Shown here piece by piece: positions 40,178-53,426 of a stretch of DNA of 64,000 nucleotides. This DNA comes from Epiperipatus broadwayi (Eukaryota > Animalia > Onychophora), in NCBI GenBank assembly GCA_028023455.1, contig JAQFVV010000003.1, positions 10,850,001 to 10,914,000 on the forward strand, in the 5' to 3' direction. Each line of letters begins with the position of its first letter. Positions within the stretch are counted from its first letter, which is position 1. The notes under the pieces are model-generated. The model searched no databases. It saw only the letters and a list, made by a program, of their open reading frames with translations, and was not told where the DNA came from. Made by a program: the position numbers and the translations under genes.

Positions 40178-41085
40178 TATGAGGAAAGATGATACAGATT
40201 ATACCATCAAGATAATAAACAGGATCAAACTTAATGGAAAATCTATTTGGGTCAATATGGCAATGGCTCATCAAAAAAATTTGGATGTAAGCAGCAATGT
40301 CTTTATGGGCAATGTAGACCTTGACATTGATGAAAAGCTTCTCTATGATGCATTTAGTGCACTTGATATCATATTGCAAACTACCAAAATTTATGAGATA
40401 TTCTGAGACTGAAAATTCAAAAGGATATGCTTTTATAAACTTTACTACCTTTGAAGCATCTAATGCAACCATTGAAACTATGAATGGGCAATATCTTTCC
40501 AACAGAGCAATTTCAATCTCATATGTTTTCAAAAAGAATGCTAAAGGAGAACAACATGGATCTGAACTGCAAAAAGCTGTTAGTATCCCAAAATCTACTT
40601 ACCTAAGCTGATCATTCACATCAGTTGTTTGCCAATGCTCTTCCCACTAGGCATAACTGTTGGAATGGGATCTGCACTTACACCATCTCCATCCCCATCA
40701 ACTAGCTCCAGCTCTTGCAATTTAAAAGTGTTGTTCCCTTAAGTCCTGTTCTACTACCACCAGTATCTCTATCATCTAGTATTCCTATTGCTGGAACTAT
40801 TCATTCTTCCAATATTAACTCTACTACAGCAATACCACCATTTCCACATCCAGGGGTTACACCCCACCTCATGCAAGTGCAGCTTTAGCAGCAGGTGATG
40901 GTATTCCATTTTCTCTTCTTCAATCTCATCAGTGACTCACAAACAGCTTCAGACATTTTAAACTTGCCACTCCAAGTACCACTACATCTTATGGGTCTCT
41001 TGCCTTCTGGTTTATCACCCCCACTTAGTGGACCACTATCCTCTGGGTGTCATAACATTTCCTCCAGCAGCACTTCCAGGATTAT
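40178..41085 (+). pseudogene. SF3B4: Processed pseudogene of splicing factor 3B subunit 4 (SAP49): end of RRM1, RRM2 and Pro-rich tail
   Basis: [58 protein letters not shown] and [51 protein letters not shown] match the conserved SF3B4 sequence. Intronless, with frameshifts and stops. Confidence 0.92.
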
Positions 41086-41087
41086 AA

Positions 41088-41430
41088 CTCACCTCCTTCA
41101 GAATTTTTCGCTAGAGCAATTTATAAATCCAAAGCATAATGGCAAGTCATATTTATCAATCCTTTCTATAATTTCCCAATATTTGGAAATAATCTAATGT
41201 GCTAAAAATTTCTTTTCAAATCCAGCTTGTTCTTTTGTTTGGGTTGAAATCAAAGTTTGTTATAGACACATTATAACTATTTTGGTAAAGTTTTTTATAG
41301 AGCTGAGTGAAGATCTGGTAGATCTCTAATTTCTAATATCTTCTTTACCACATTTTTAATATATTACATCAATATTAATAATGCATTCTTCCAATAACTT
41401 GACTAGACTCCAGAGCACTGTTCCTGAAAA
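41088..41430 (-). mobile_element. RTE-clade LINE remnant (RT N-half)
   Basis: Reverse strand gives YQIFSSIKTL/EQAGF-type RT blocks and is homologous to 46320-46600. Confidence 0.75.
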
Positions 41431-44051
41431 AATATATTAAGTAGAAGCATAGAGAGTCATGTATATTTTTGTTGACAAAAACCAATTTAAATCAAAAGAT
41501 GAAGGTATTTACAGTAGGTGTAAAATTAGGTCACTACAATATACAGTTATGAAATCAAATTTATATGATTATACATGCAAATTGAGTTCAAATTCTTAAA
41601 GTTTTTGTTTTTTAATTTCATGCTATTAGCTTAATAGTATGTCAGATGGATAAGTGCAGCAGTTCCCACCCTTAGATACAAAGTCTTCATGGGTGAAAAT
41701 TATATGCCAGAAATTATTCAGGGAATGTGATAGCACTACTGTATAGTGTTCATTGATTAATCAAATTTAGAAAAGATGACTTTGAAACAGAATAAAAAAA
41801 ACTTCACCTGCAACATTAATCCAATCATTTTATTTTACTACATCATCACTGAATGCTTTGAATTTTGTTGGTTGTTTTTTAAATATATATATTACAACAG
41901 AGCAAACAAAAACTCTGACTAATATGCTTCACAGAAAAATTTATCAACAAGAATAAATAAATAAATATATATATATATTAATTCTGCTGATAAAATCAAA
42001 TTTATAGAGTCATATTTTATTGACAATATAAGTAATTAATGGAAAGGTGTTTGTGTGAGCTATGAGCTATAATTTAAACTTTTTAAATGACCTTTTACCT
42101 TCTAAAAACAGGCTTAATGGGTAATAAGGTGACATATTCAGCCCCCTCACAGTTAAAAATCATAATTTTATAAAATAATTACTTGACAAAATAAAATCTC
42201 CTCCATTAATTACATGAGTGGGTATCTACATACAGAGATTGTAAAAATAAAACCAATGTCAAGTGTCATAATTTACTATAATTAATTTAAAATTTCTACA
42301 TTATGCCTTTCCTTTACTCTATCTTTAAACATTATGTTATTAGTGAAACCTACTACATAACATCAAGTTAATAAATGAAAAGTTAAAATTGGAAACTTGT
42401 TTTAGATTTAAATGATATTCAAGTAATTATCATGTAGTGAAGAGAATAAAATTACTACCTTTGATATATAATATTTCTTTATTAGTTAGTAATAACAATA
42501 AATCAAAAGATTCATTTCTGAATGTTGAATCTTTAAAATTAAATAAAATTACATATTACAAATATTTAATCTGATACAATATATATAGATCATACAAAAT
42601 TATCTTATGGCAATCAACAGCCATGGTTTTAATAAATATAAGAATAAACTAGATCCAGATAGTTAGTATACGTTAGAGGCTTCTTAGAATCTTTCTGTAG
42701 AAGAAAACATTCACCAGACAGAGCAACTACTGGTTAGTGAAAGCTTTCATGGTTTCTTACTTATTCACTCTCTAAAATTGATATATATATATATATTAAT
42801 TTCTTTAATTTTTGATGCTTAAAAATATTTTTAAATTATAATTTAGCTATTTCAAATTATTTCTTTCATTGATTTAACAAAACAACAGCAATAATAGAAT
42901 GTAAATTATAGTTGTTTTTTTAAAGAAAAAAAGGCAGAAAATATGTTTTTTTAGGACTAATAATTTCCTTGTTCTGTCTATTAGTGAAATTATGCTCCCC
43001 CCCCCCCGCCATTATGTGATGTTATCTCACAAAGTTGTCATTATAAACTTGTTGCAAACAAGTGTTAAGAAAATTAAACTAATTTAAATTTTATATTACG
43101 CTATTCATGTTTTTGGCAGAACACTGCCAGAAAAATATAGTGGCAATGGCAGGATTGTAAGATCAATTGATCTTCAATTAATTGGATGTGATGATATAGA
43201 ATTTATTATTGTAAAAATGTGTCTTCTGTGGATTGAGAATACGAATAGAACAGTAACACATTTTCTATAAAATATTTTTTGATAAACATGAGCATAATTT
43301 TCAAAGGAGAGGCAACCCTCACTTAAGTTATAGATTACCTCAAAGATGTTCTAAAGCCCTGGAAGAAAAAGTTCATTGCAGAAGAAGTTATTAAATAAAC
43401 AGAATGAAAAGTCAGAAAGGGTGTGTAGTGAACATAAAACTCGTTTTTAACATTTTATTCTTTATCATATTCTCTCTTTTTTAAAAAAAAACTTTGAGAA
43501 CTAGAATGACTCATTTAAACTCATTTAATACTGGCAACTAACCAAAATATAATCAAATTTATACTTTTGAAATATTATTTATAAATATTGTTTAAAATAG
43601 TTAAGTATTAATTTTGTTTCTTTAAGAATTCAATAATTTACAGAAATATTAATTCTGAATCTGCTGATAGCTTGAATTATTAAATATAAATATTATTTGA
43701 AATGGTTAAACTTCAATTATGAACCATCAAATGATTAAATATAACCTAAGTGTGTGTGTGAGCGGGGGGGGGGTAATTTTAAATCAAAAAAAGAATTTGA
43801 ATACAACTAAAATACTATCATCACAAACCTTCACGAAAACACTAGGTGTTACTTATGATTATTAGTTAAAGCATTTTATTATTACATTTATGAAATAATT
43901 TAAATTAAGATTTTGCATTTGCAGTTATTAGTTGCTGATGTTTTTTAATACATTTTTGATTGATAATTAATATTTTTAGTATTATCTGATTAAAAATATT
44001 ACTTATATATCAGATTTGAAATACCAGTCACTCTTATACCTGGAGCCTAAC

Positions 44052-44267
44052 TGTAAATGTAGGGGATTTGAACTCAGACTTTCAAGCCCCTTCATTATCT
44101 ACACTATCTCAGACTACTGATACACATGACCACATACATGCAGAAAAGATCAATTATCTTTTATAAATTATCTTTTCTGCATGTATGTGGTCATGTGTAT
44201 CAGTGGTATGAGATAGTGTGGATAGTGAAGAGGCTTGAAAGTCTGAGTTCAAATCCCTATATTTATA
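44052..44267. repeat. ~100-bp-arm palindrome of two head-to-head tRNA-like short elements
   Basis: Arms ~44052-44150 and ~44170-44267 are near-perfect reverse complements. Each reads outward TCAGTGGTATGAG (box A-like)...GAGTTCAAATCC (box B-like). Confidence 0.85.
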
Positions 44268-45304
44268 ATCTAGTGATAGCTTGATTAACAATGGAGGATA
44301 ACACACTATGTTAAAGCAAATGATATATTATAAATTCATGATTGTTTTTAATTTTTGCCTATGTTCACACAGTTGTTAATCCCAATGCATTAAAAATATT
44401 CTTATTAATGTCTTTTAGAAACTGTTTAAATGTCAATACTTAGTCTCCAAGCTTTGATGTTTAAAAAAACAAATACTTAATTGAAACACTGCAAAATATC
44501 ACCATTGATGTATTCAATCAACAAGTGATTTTATAAAATGGGATTTTCAAAAATATAGTGCCACATCCATATTATAATGTAATATTCCCAATGACGACTT
44601 CTATAGAAAGCAATGAGAATGAAAAAGGGTCATGAAGTATGAGTCAAATCTCCACAATTTACAATGATTACACTTTTAGTAATGAATAACAATAGTGTTT
44701 ATTTTATACTAATTCATTTTAAAATAATGCAAAAAGAATTTTACAGTAAAAAGATACTTTGCCACATCTGCCACTCCATATGCAATGACATTAATTATAT
44801 ATAGAGTGTGCATGTTTTAATTAAATGGAAGATGAATATGATTATAAATCCTTTATCAATAAATATTCTAGAATAATATGTAAAAAAAAAAAGAATATAT
44901 AATGCTGCGCTCATGCACTGTTGTCATTGGGCATTCTATTATACCTGTCATATCAATTAAAAAGAGAACTAGTAGTACTAATTGCATATGAGTTATAAGC
45001 ATTTTAATGTTATGTCATGTAAACTATTTATAAATTATTTATCATATCTTAAAGCAGTTTTTGAAATTATGAATACAATCCAAGACATTTTTTAAATATT
45101 GACAGATCAATCAGTAAATCAAAATTCAGCAAACTTCAGTATCTTATAATTAGCCAGTACAAAAATTAACTTCATGTCTTATATGATGAATTCTGATGTC
45201 TTTGTAATATAGTGTTTTAATTTTAATTGTTTCTGTTTTAATCTGTTTTGCAAACATTCTGTCTTTTATGCATAGTCATAAAGTGAGTTGGTCAAATACA
45301 TACC

Positions 45305-47688
45305 AATACATCATCATCATTGTCAACCATGATCAATATACAGCATCAATCCACTGCAGGATGAAGATTCTCACATCACCCCTGCATACTTTGTTATTTC
45401 ATCCATCCTTCTCACATGTGGTCTTTTTGTGAGTCTTTCACAGTCTCTTGGAATCCAGTTTAAGATTTCAACTATCCATTTAATATCATCTCTTCTAGTA
45501 ATATGTCCAGCCTAACTCCACTTCAGTCTCTTAATTCTTTCAGCAATGTCAGTAACACCTGTTTGATTTCTAACTCGTGTATTGCATTTTCGATCTCTTC
45601 TTGTTAATCCTAACATGTATCTCTCCATACTTTTTTGAGAGGCTTGCTTTTCTGTTAAGTGTCCAAGTTTCAGATCCATAAGTAAGTACTCGCAAAACAC
45701 ATCTACTAAAAACATTCCTTTTCAAATACATAGGCATATTTCATTTTAATATAACGTTATTTATATCAAAAGCACTCCAACCAAATTTAATTCTATGATT
45801 AAATTCATTCATTATATTTCCATCTGTAGTAATAATCTGATATATTTGTAATTGTTAACTTCTTCAAACTCATCCTTATGAATCTTTATTTTCATTTTTT
45901 GAGCAAATCCATTGAATATTACTTTAGTCTTTTTAATGTTTACCTTTTGCATACTTTCTTACTTTCATATGATAACACTTGCAACATTTCCTAAAGCTCT
46001 GAAGCATTATTTGCAAAAACAACCACATCATCTTTAAAATCTAAATGACTTAAATAATCACCATTTACTTTTGTTCCTTTAGCTTCCCATTTTAATTGAC
46101 AAAATACTTTTTGCAGCAATACTGTAAAAAGTTTTGGAGATATGGAGTCACCATGTCTTATGTTGATCTCAATGTTAACTTTCCTAGTATGATGATGTAA
46201 TCTAATTGCTGCTGTTGCATTTTTCTAAATATTCTTCAGAATATGATAATATTCTGGTTTTATGCCTTGATTATCCAATGCTTTAATCACTAAAAAAATG
46301 CTTATAAAATCAAATGACTTGTCATAATCTACAAATCCAAAGCATAATGGCAACTCATATTCATTGGTCCTTTCTATAACTTCTTTCAACAATTGGATAT
46401 GTTCCACTGTACAAAAACTACTTTTAAATCTAGCTTGTTATTTTGGTTGGTTGAAATTTAAAGTTCTCTGTGGACGATTTGTAATTATCATGATAAAAAT
46501 TTTATATAAAAGTGATAGGCTTGTAATTTCTAATATCTTCTTTATTATCTTTTAAAAATATTAATATTAATACTGCATTCTTCCAATCATCTGGTATATT
46601 GTTATCATTTAGACCTTGGTATGTAACTTTGCCAAAAAAAATTCTATTTCTTCATCTGCTTTTTTTATGATATTGATTATAATTCCATCATTATTTGGAG
46701 CTTTTTCCCTTTTTCATAAATTTAATTACATGTCTCACTTCATTTAAAATCCTGGGCAATTTAGAAGATATAATTATAGTTGTAGGATGTACTTGTTCTT
46801 TATTACTATATAATTCTCGACAGAACTTTTCTACACATTTCATGATGTCATCTCTTTTTTTAGTAATAGTTCCATTTTTTTTTCTTATTGCAAATATAAG
46901 TTTTCTACCAATAGCAAAATGTTGTTTACACTCTTGAGACTTTTGTTCTCTTCTATATCTTTCCTTGCTAGTTCTCAATTATATTTTCTTATATCATTAT
47001 CAACTCTTTTTTGCACCATTTTACAAAATTCAAGATATTCGATTCTTCCTCATGCATCATTTTTATAGATCTTCATATTCCTTTTTTTTCTTCATTAATT
47101 CTCTAGTCTCAAGTAGAAATTTTATTGGTCAATTGCTGCTGTTTCTACCAGCTACTTTTGTTGCAGTTTCTAAAAGTGTATCAGTTATTTTCCCATTAAT
47201 TTCATTCAAATCTGAATGATGTTCAAAATCTGGTAATATTTAAAAATGATTTGCAAGTTCTAATTTAAATTCATTAGAATGTTTCTGAAGATTAGGAATA
47301 TCAACGGTGAATATTGTTTTTCTTATAATTTTTGTCTCTAGTTTTGCATTAACATGTATCTTGCATCTCACTAATCGATGAATTTATAAAGAACATTATA
47401 ATCTTGAAATATGTCATTTCTATTAGACAAAATATAATCCAATTCTGCTGTATCTTCATTTGGATGCTTCATGTCCATTTCCTTTTAACATTTTTCTTAA
47501 ATAAATAATTCATTCATAATATAAAGTTTTTCTTTTTCTGCAAATTCACATCTCTATGCCCTGTCTCATTTTTATTACCATAACAAAATTTACCTACAGT
47601 ACTTTTATCTTTCAATTGTTTACCAGTTCTACAATTAAAGTCTCCCATAACACTTTTAAAATGTTATTTGATCTGATCAAAAACCTTT
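45305..47688 (-). mobile_element. RTE-clade LINE, 3' portion (APE C-half, RT, C-terminus, (GAT)n tail)
   Basis: VMGDFN, LDYILSN, FVDYDKSFDFIS, SMERYMLGLTRRDRKCNTRVRNQTGVTDIAERIKRLKWS. CATCATCAT at about 45310-45320. Confidence 0.9.
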
Positions 47689-50600
47689 TGTAACTTTTTC
47701 CAAAAAGAAATGGATAATGAAGACAGTGACCACAAACAATATGATAATGAGACTCAACTTAAAATTATTAACATAAGATAGACTATAGGAATGGTCATAA
47801 ATGCATAGGGTTTTAACAGTGAGAAGCATGTGTAATATACTTCACAATGGCATTGCTATTATAGAAACTCTTCAGCTAGCATCATGCTATAATAATTAGG
47901 AAAATCTCTACAACACACAATAACTAACATAATGATTCATGGTAAATAACTATTAAGATTATCTCTTGTACTTGTAATAAACTATAAATATAATAATTTT
48001 AAAACCACAAATTAAATTAATCTAATTGATTATTGCTATCCTGTTGATATCTCAGGATAATGATTATTCCTTTAGTAAGCAAAATAATAATAGTAAACAG
48101 TTGGACAATTGAATAGCAAGTGCGATTTTATTGAAATCCAATTATCTAAAGAATAATTACACTCTCATTTACAAATACCAACTAGAACAACTATTTGATA
48201 ATTAATATAACTTTAATAATACACATACTAATAATACATTACCAACTTACTTTAAATTAATAATTTATAAAACTCTTTACTATGTATCCCTCTACTTCTA
48301 CAGATAATTACCATTAAACAGAATAATCATTGACTGATAATCAAAACACTTATAATTAACCAAAATCTAATATTACATAACTCGATTTTAAATACATTAA
48401 TTTTTTTTAGCATTTACCCATTCTATTTTATCTTTCTAAACAAATATCAAAATTGATCTTATTAATCTCTTATATCTTAAATAATATATCAGTTAGAATT
48501 TACTTCTTTTAATAAAATTTATGATATTTTTTATTATATTATATTTTTATTAAATTTAAATAAACTTTAAAATATACATGTGATTTTTAAAAATAATATA
48601 AATCTTCATAATACTCTGAACATATAATAACTCTTTAAATTCAAATTTCAGATAGTTATTCAGTACTTCAATATTTAATAAAATAAATATCAATTGAATA
48701 ATACTTTAATCAAATTATAAATAAAAATTGATAGGTGTTTGATTTGTAAAGTTTAAATTCTTTATTAGAATTCCATACTTAAAATATCCAATTAATAAAT
48801 TTTATATAAGCATTTCACTATGTCATGTGCAAAAAAGGTATGGCCTTGCTGATATCTATGATCCCATAAAGAAATAATACTACTTGTCAAGTTTAAATTT
48901 AAAAAGACATTTTATTTTTAACAATAAAAGATTTATAACAATAATTATAATTACATTATATCATAAACAATGTATACTACTTACATTAGTATAATTACTT
49001 ATTTACAATATTTACATTAAAATAATTAAAAATAAGCCCATCCTCAGTTCATGTGTTACCATTGGGTCAGTATCATTTAGGTAATTAAATAATATATATT
49101 TAACAATATTAATACTTTTATTCATATTATGAATTGATTTACCCTTCGTATTCTCATACATTTGAGTAATTTCCTTATTATCTCAATAATACTTACATGA
49201 CCAATTATTTTACACTTGTTTTTACTAAATTTATACCAATTTAATATAATTCAGTGTTAAAAATCATTATACCAATATATTATTATTATTTATTAAATAA
49301 CTTTTATACTTTTATATTGTTGATACAATACAAATAATATAATTTGAATAAATAACTGAATCAAGAATATACCATGTTAAAATATTATACATTCATCTTA
49401 TATCCTTATCAAATATCTTTCATTCACAATCTTCAATATTGTTGATCTCATGTTATACTTCAACAATAAGTTAGTCTTACCTTTTATCACATATAATTGT
49501 ATTTGTTTTGCATATGGTCTTTTCCTTTTCTTTAGACTATCATTACAAACAGAAAAAAAATTATACATTTCTAAATAAATTAGTTATCTATGATGCTTAC
49601 TCTATATTCTAATATCACAGATAATACTTTGGATAAAAAACTAATTTAATAAACCACCATACAGAAGAGAAATAGAGGCAACTAACATTTATTTATTAAT
49701 AACTATAACTTTTGGGTAGTCATTACTACTTCAATGACTCTGCCACAAAAAATCCTGACTTAACTCTAAAGCTCTTACAGAATATAATGATTATCTTTCA
49801 TATAAACTCCTCTCCAATTCCTACAATAATAATATGGGTGTCCTTTGAATCAAACCCACTAAATATAAGATTAGTTCTTCAGGATGACATTACACTATTC
49901 TGGCATTTTAAACTTATCTATTCAACATGTATATATTTTTCAACATCAGCATACATTAACTTTCTCATTCTAGTATATAATCTTATCTTCCTATCTTTTG
50001 GATATCTATAATTATGACAGATCGTCTGACAAAACATATAACTCTTATTCTTATGACAAAATGTCATAGTATACTTTATATATTATAAGGTTTGAGATCA
50101 TAAATCATATCCTTAACTATTATATTCACTCTATTTCATTTTTCATGTATAATATCATACATATATTATACATTAATATTCATCTTAACAATAACTTTTT
50201 CTTGATTCAGAATTATTATTCAGTCTTTATTATGAAATATATATCAATATAATAAATTGATAATCTCATATACATAACTTTTCTTATAATCAAACTATTA
50301 CTCTTAATACTACTAAAATTGTGTAAAATCATATCAAATTACCTAATACTATATTTTAGTTCTTTTGTACATCCATACAAAAATTTTTTAACTGAGCAAA
50401 CTATACCTTCAATTTTAAATTTAAAATATAATAATATTTTAAAATTATCTTAATTCTAAAATTTTAATAAAAACATAGAAATTATTTAAATAATTTCTGT
50501 CTTACAATAATATACCTTATATCAATACAAAACATTAACAATAAAAAAAAAAATTTTTAAATTGAAATATTTTTCAATCCTTTTTTTTATTTTTTAAAGA

Positions 50601-52022
50601 ACTTCTCAAAACTTTTCACCATCATTACTATGACAACAATCGATGGTTGAAACTGAACCATTTATTGTGATTTTCTTTCTTCTCCTGCTAGAAAATATGC
50701 ATTGTTTAAAGAACAATATTTTAAGATATAAAAAAAAAAATATTCACAATTAATAAAATCTTCATAAGTTCCTGAGCTCTTTGAAATATTATCCTAGGAT
50801 CCTGGAATTCCCTTGAATGCATTTTAAAATCTGGAACATTCAATTTTATAATAGTTCTTAATTTATAACTTTCATTTTCCATTAAAACATAGCATATACA
50901 TAGTTTGTCTGCAAGTAGTTCTAACTTTGGCTTTTATTTATTCATATTCAGTGGGTGATTTTATAAGGTTGACACATATACATATATATTATTTCTAGTT
51001 TTATATAATATTATAATTCATTTCTTTCTTTAATATGCATCATTAAAATAAATGGTTCACTTTTTAAATTCTCATACTATTGATGTTTTTCATCAAAATA
51101 CACATCTTTTGCTAGCAGCAAGAATTACTTTATCATTATTTGTTTTTAATACCACATTAAAAAAATCAATTATTCTGGCAAAATTCTTTCCTTACTAATA
51201 AAATACATATTATTTATTCTTCTTATTAGGTTTCAATTTTACTTCAGCATATAAGTCACTTAATCCAATGTAATTCTTTTAAAATAGATTTATAACTACT
51301 ATCAAGTAACTATCTTAAAATTCTGTAAAATGTTTTTATAATTTTAAAATGACTGTATATTTTCAATAAATAAAAGTTCCTTAATAACTTAATGGTTAAA
51401 CTCATTAAAAATAAAGAGATAAAACATTTTCTTACACAACAATATCTGCAAACCCTTTGAGTGTGTTTATAATCATTTACCATTTTGTTCCAAGAATAAT
51501 AATTGTTTCCTTTTTATTTTTACTAATAACCATGGTTTTTGACTACAATTTGACATTTAAGATTGAATTCAGTTCCTCTTGAAGAAATTTTTTTTGTTTA
51601 TTCCACGATCTCTTTATAAACTTCTTAAGAAATCTTGTATAATTATTCATCTTATTAATTAACTTTTAATTAATTTAAAATAAAATACGATAAAAATTTA
51701 CTAATTTTTTAACAAACTAATATAAACAGGTTATTAGTTCTAACTTTTTAATAAATTCATTCTATTTTTCATCTGCTATCACCTTTTTATATTGTAGACA
51801 ATATAATGTCATACCGTTAATTAAATAAATTTCATTGGTCATCTACTATTTGCATAAATTACCTTCTGTCTACAATTTGAAATAAAATAACTAAATATTT
51901 AAAAACTAAATTATTAAATTTAATTGCTTTTAAGTTCAAATTTAAATCCAATTATAACTATTATTTTTTATAATAATTATTTATTCTAATTAAAATATGT
52001 AATTAATAATTATATTTAAAAA

Positions 52023-52071
<49 letters not shown>

Positions 52072-52534
52072 GTAATACTATAAAATTTAATATTCCCAAT
52101 TGGAATAAAATATTATTTTCCAATAAATAAACAAAATATATTTATTCTTGTTTAATAAGGCTCGGCAAATATACTTGCACACAACTTTAAAGAGCCACTG
52201 TCATAAAAATTCAATTAATATTTCATTTATAACTACTGTAAAGTTTAATACATATAAATTTGAATAAGTATACTGTAAACATGCTTGTAACTATTAAATA
52301 CTATTACAATTGAACTAAGTATGATTATTTAAAATATATATAACTATTGTAAAAGATGTTTGTTGACTACATCGACAGAATCCTATAATTACATCCTATA
52401 GATTGAACTTTTTATACATAATATAAATTAAAAATTAATCGTAATACAATTACATGTTTTATAAATTTAAAATTTTGACTATAATATAAAATTTACATCC
52501 TTTTTGGAAACAGTGTGCAAATCAAAAGGTTACA
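47689..52534. other. Unidentified ~4.85-kb AT-rich insertion bounded by TGTAAC...GTTACA, splitting the RTE element
   Basis: The RTE APE sequence joins in frame across it. Long, stop-interrupted, coding-like frames lie inside, with no recognisable domain. Confidence 0.5.
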
Positions 52535-53000
52535 ATATAAAAATCCTCTACTATTTCATCACTATGAAAACTCATTGAGGCATAAACTTGAATTATCTGT
52601 ATTTGGTATCTGCTATTAAGTTATATCTTGCCACTCTGTCTGATACACCATCAATCTCCACAATGTTATTCTTCCACTTTTTATTTATAATGAATCCTAC
52701 TCCACTTGTATTTCCAATATTTGTGCCTTTATTGTAGAGTACATGTCCACTTGTCTCTTTATCCTTTCTTCTAACTTCACAAAGTCCAATAATGTCCCAC
52801 TTAATATAAGACATTCTTCTAATTCTTGCAATCTTCCTTCACTTAAAAGTGATCTGCAGTTGTAAATATCTAAATAAATAGTCATCATCAAATGGCAGCC
52901 TGCAGGGGATTATTACAACCTCCCACCTTTGGCCACTAACTGCTGCCCTAGCTTGTGACTTAACAGCCATCTGAAATAAGAGTCATGATTAATTTTTGTC
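52535..53000 (-). mobile_element. RTE-clade LINE, 5' portion (APE N-half) of the element at 45305-47688
   Basis: LDIYNCRSLLSEGRLQELEE, IKWDIIGLCEVRRK, SGVGFIINKKW, SDRVA and DEIVEDFY. Confidence 0.85.
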
Positions 53001-53426
53001 TATCATGATTGTAAATATCTGTTACAAAAAAAAATTTCATTCACACACATTCTGCCTTCAAGAAAACTCAACTGATATTTCAGTTAAGAGCTAGCTATCA
53101 GGCAACTAAGAAAAAAGATCATAGTATTTCCTGATCTTAAACTCAGACTAATGCATGTTGGTGAGCAGCTCATTCATGTTCGTATACTATCTGAATGATC
53201 AAATAGTAATAACAAATGCAACAACAAGAATGTATGGAGTGGACATTAGGAACTTGCCCTGCTCAGTTTGTTTAAGGCCTCCAATAGGAATCAAAGAGTC
53301 ACCTTTCAATTAACCGAAAATTCCTTTCTGCGTTCCAATGACATTATGCCTAAACATAATTATACCATTATGTGGCCTTCATACTGATCAGGAAAGTATC
53401 GTGTATACACATATATATATATATAT

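Noticed and set aside
40179-40611. Functional SF3B4 gene
   Set aside because: It is 5'-truncated, frameshifted, intronless and has substitutions at conserved residues.
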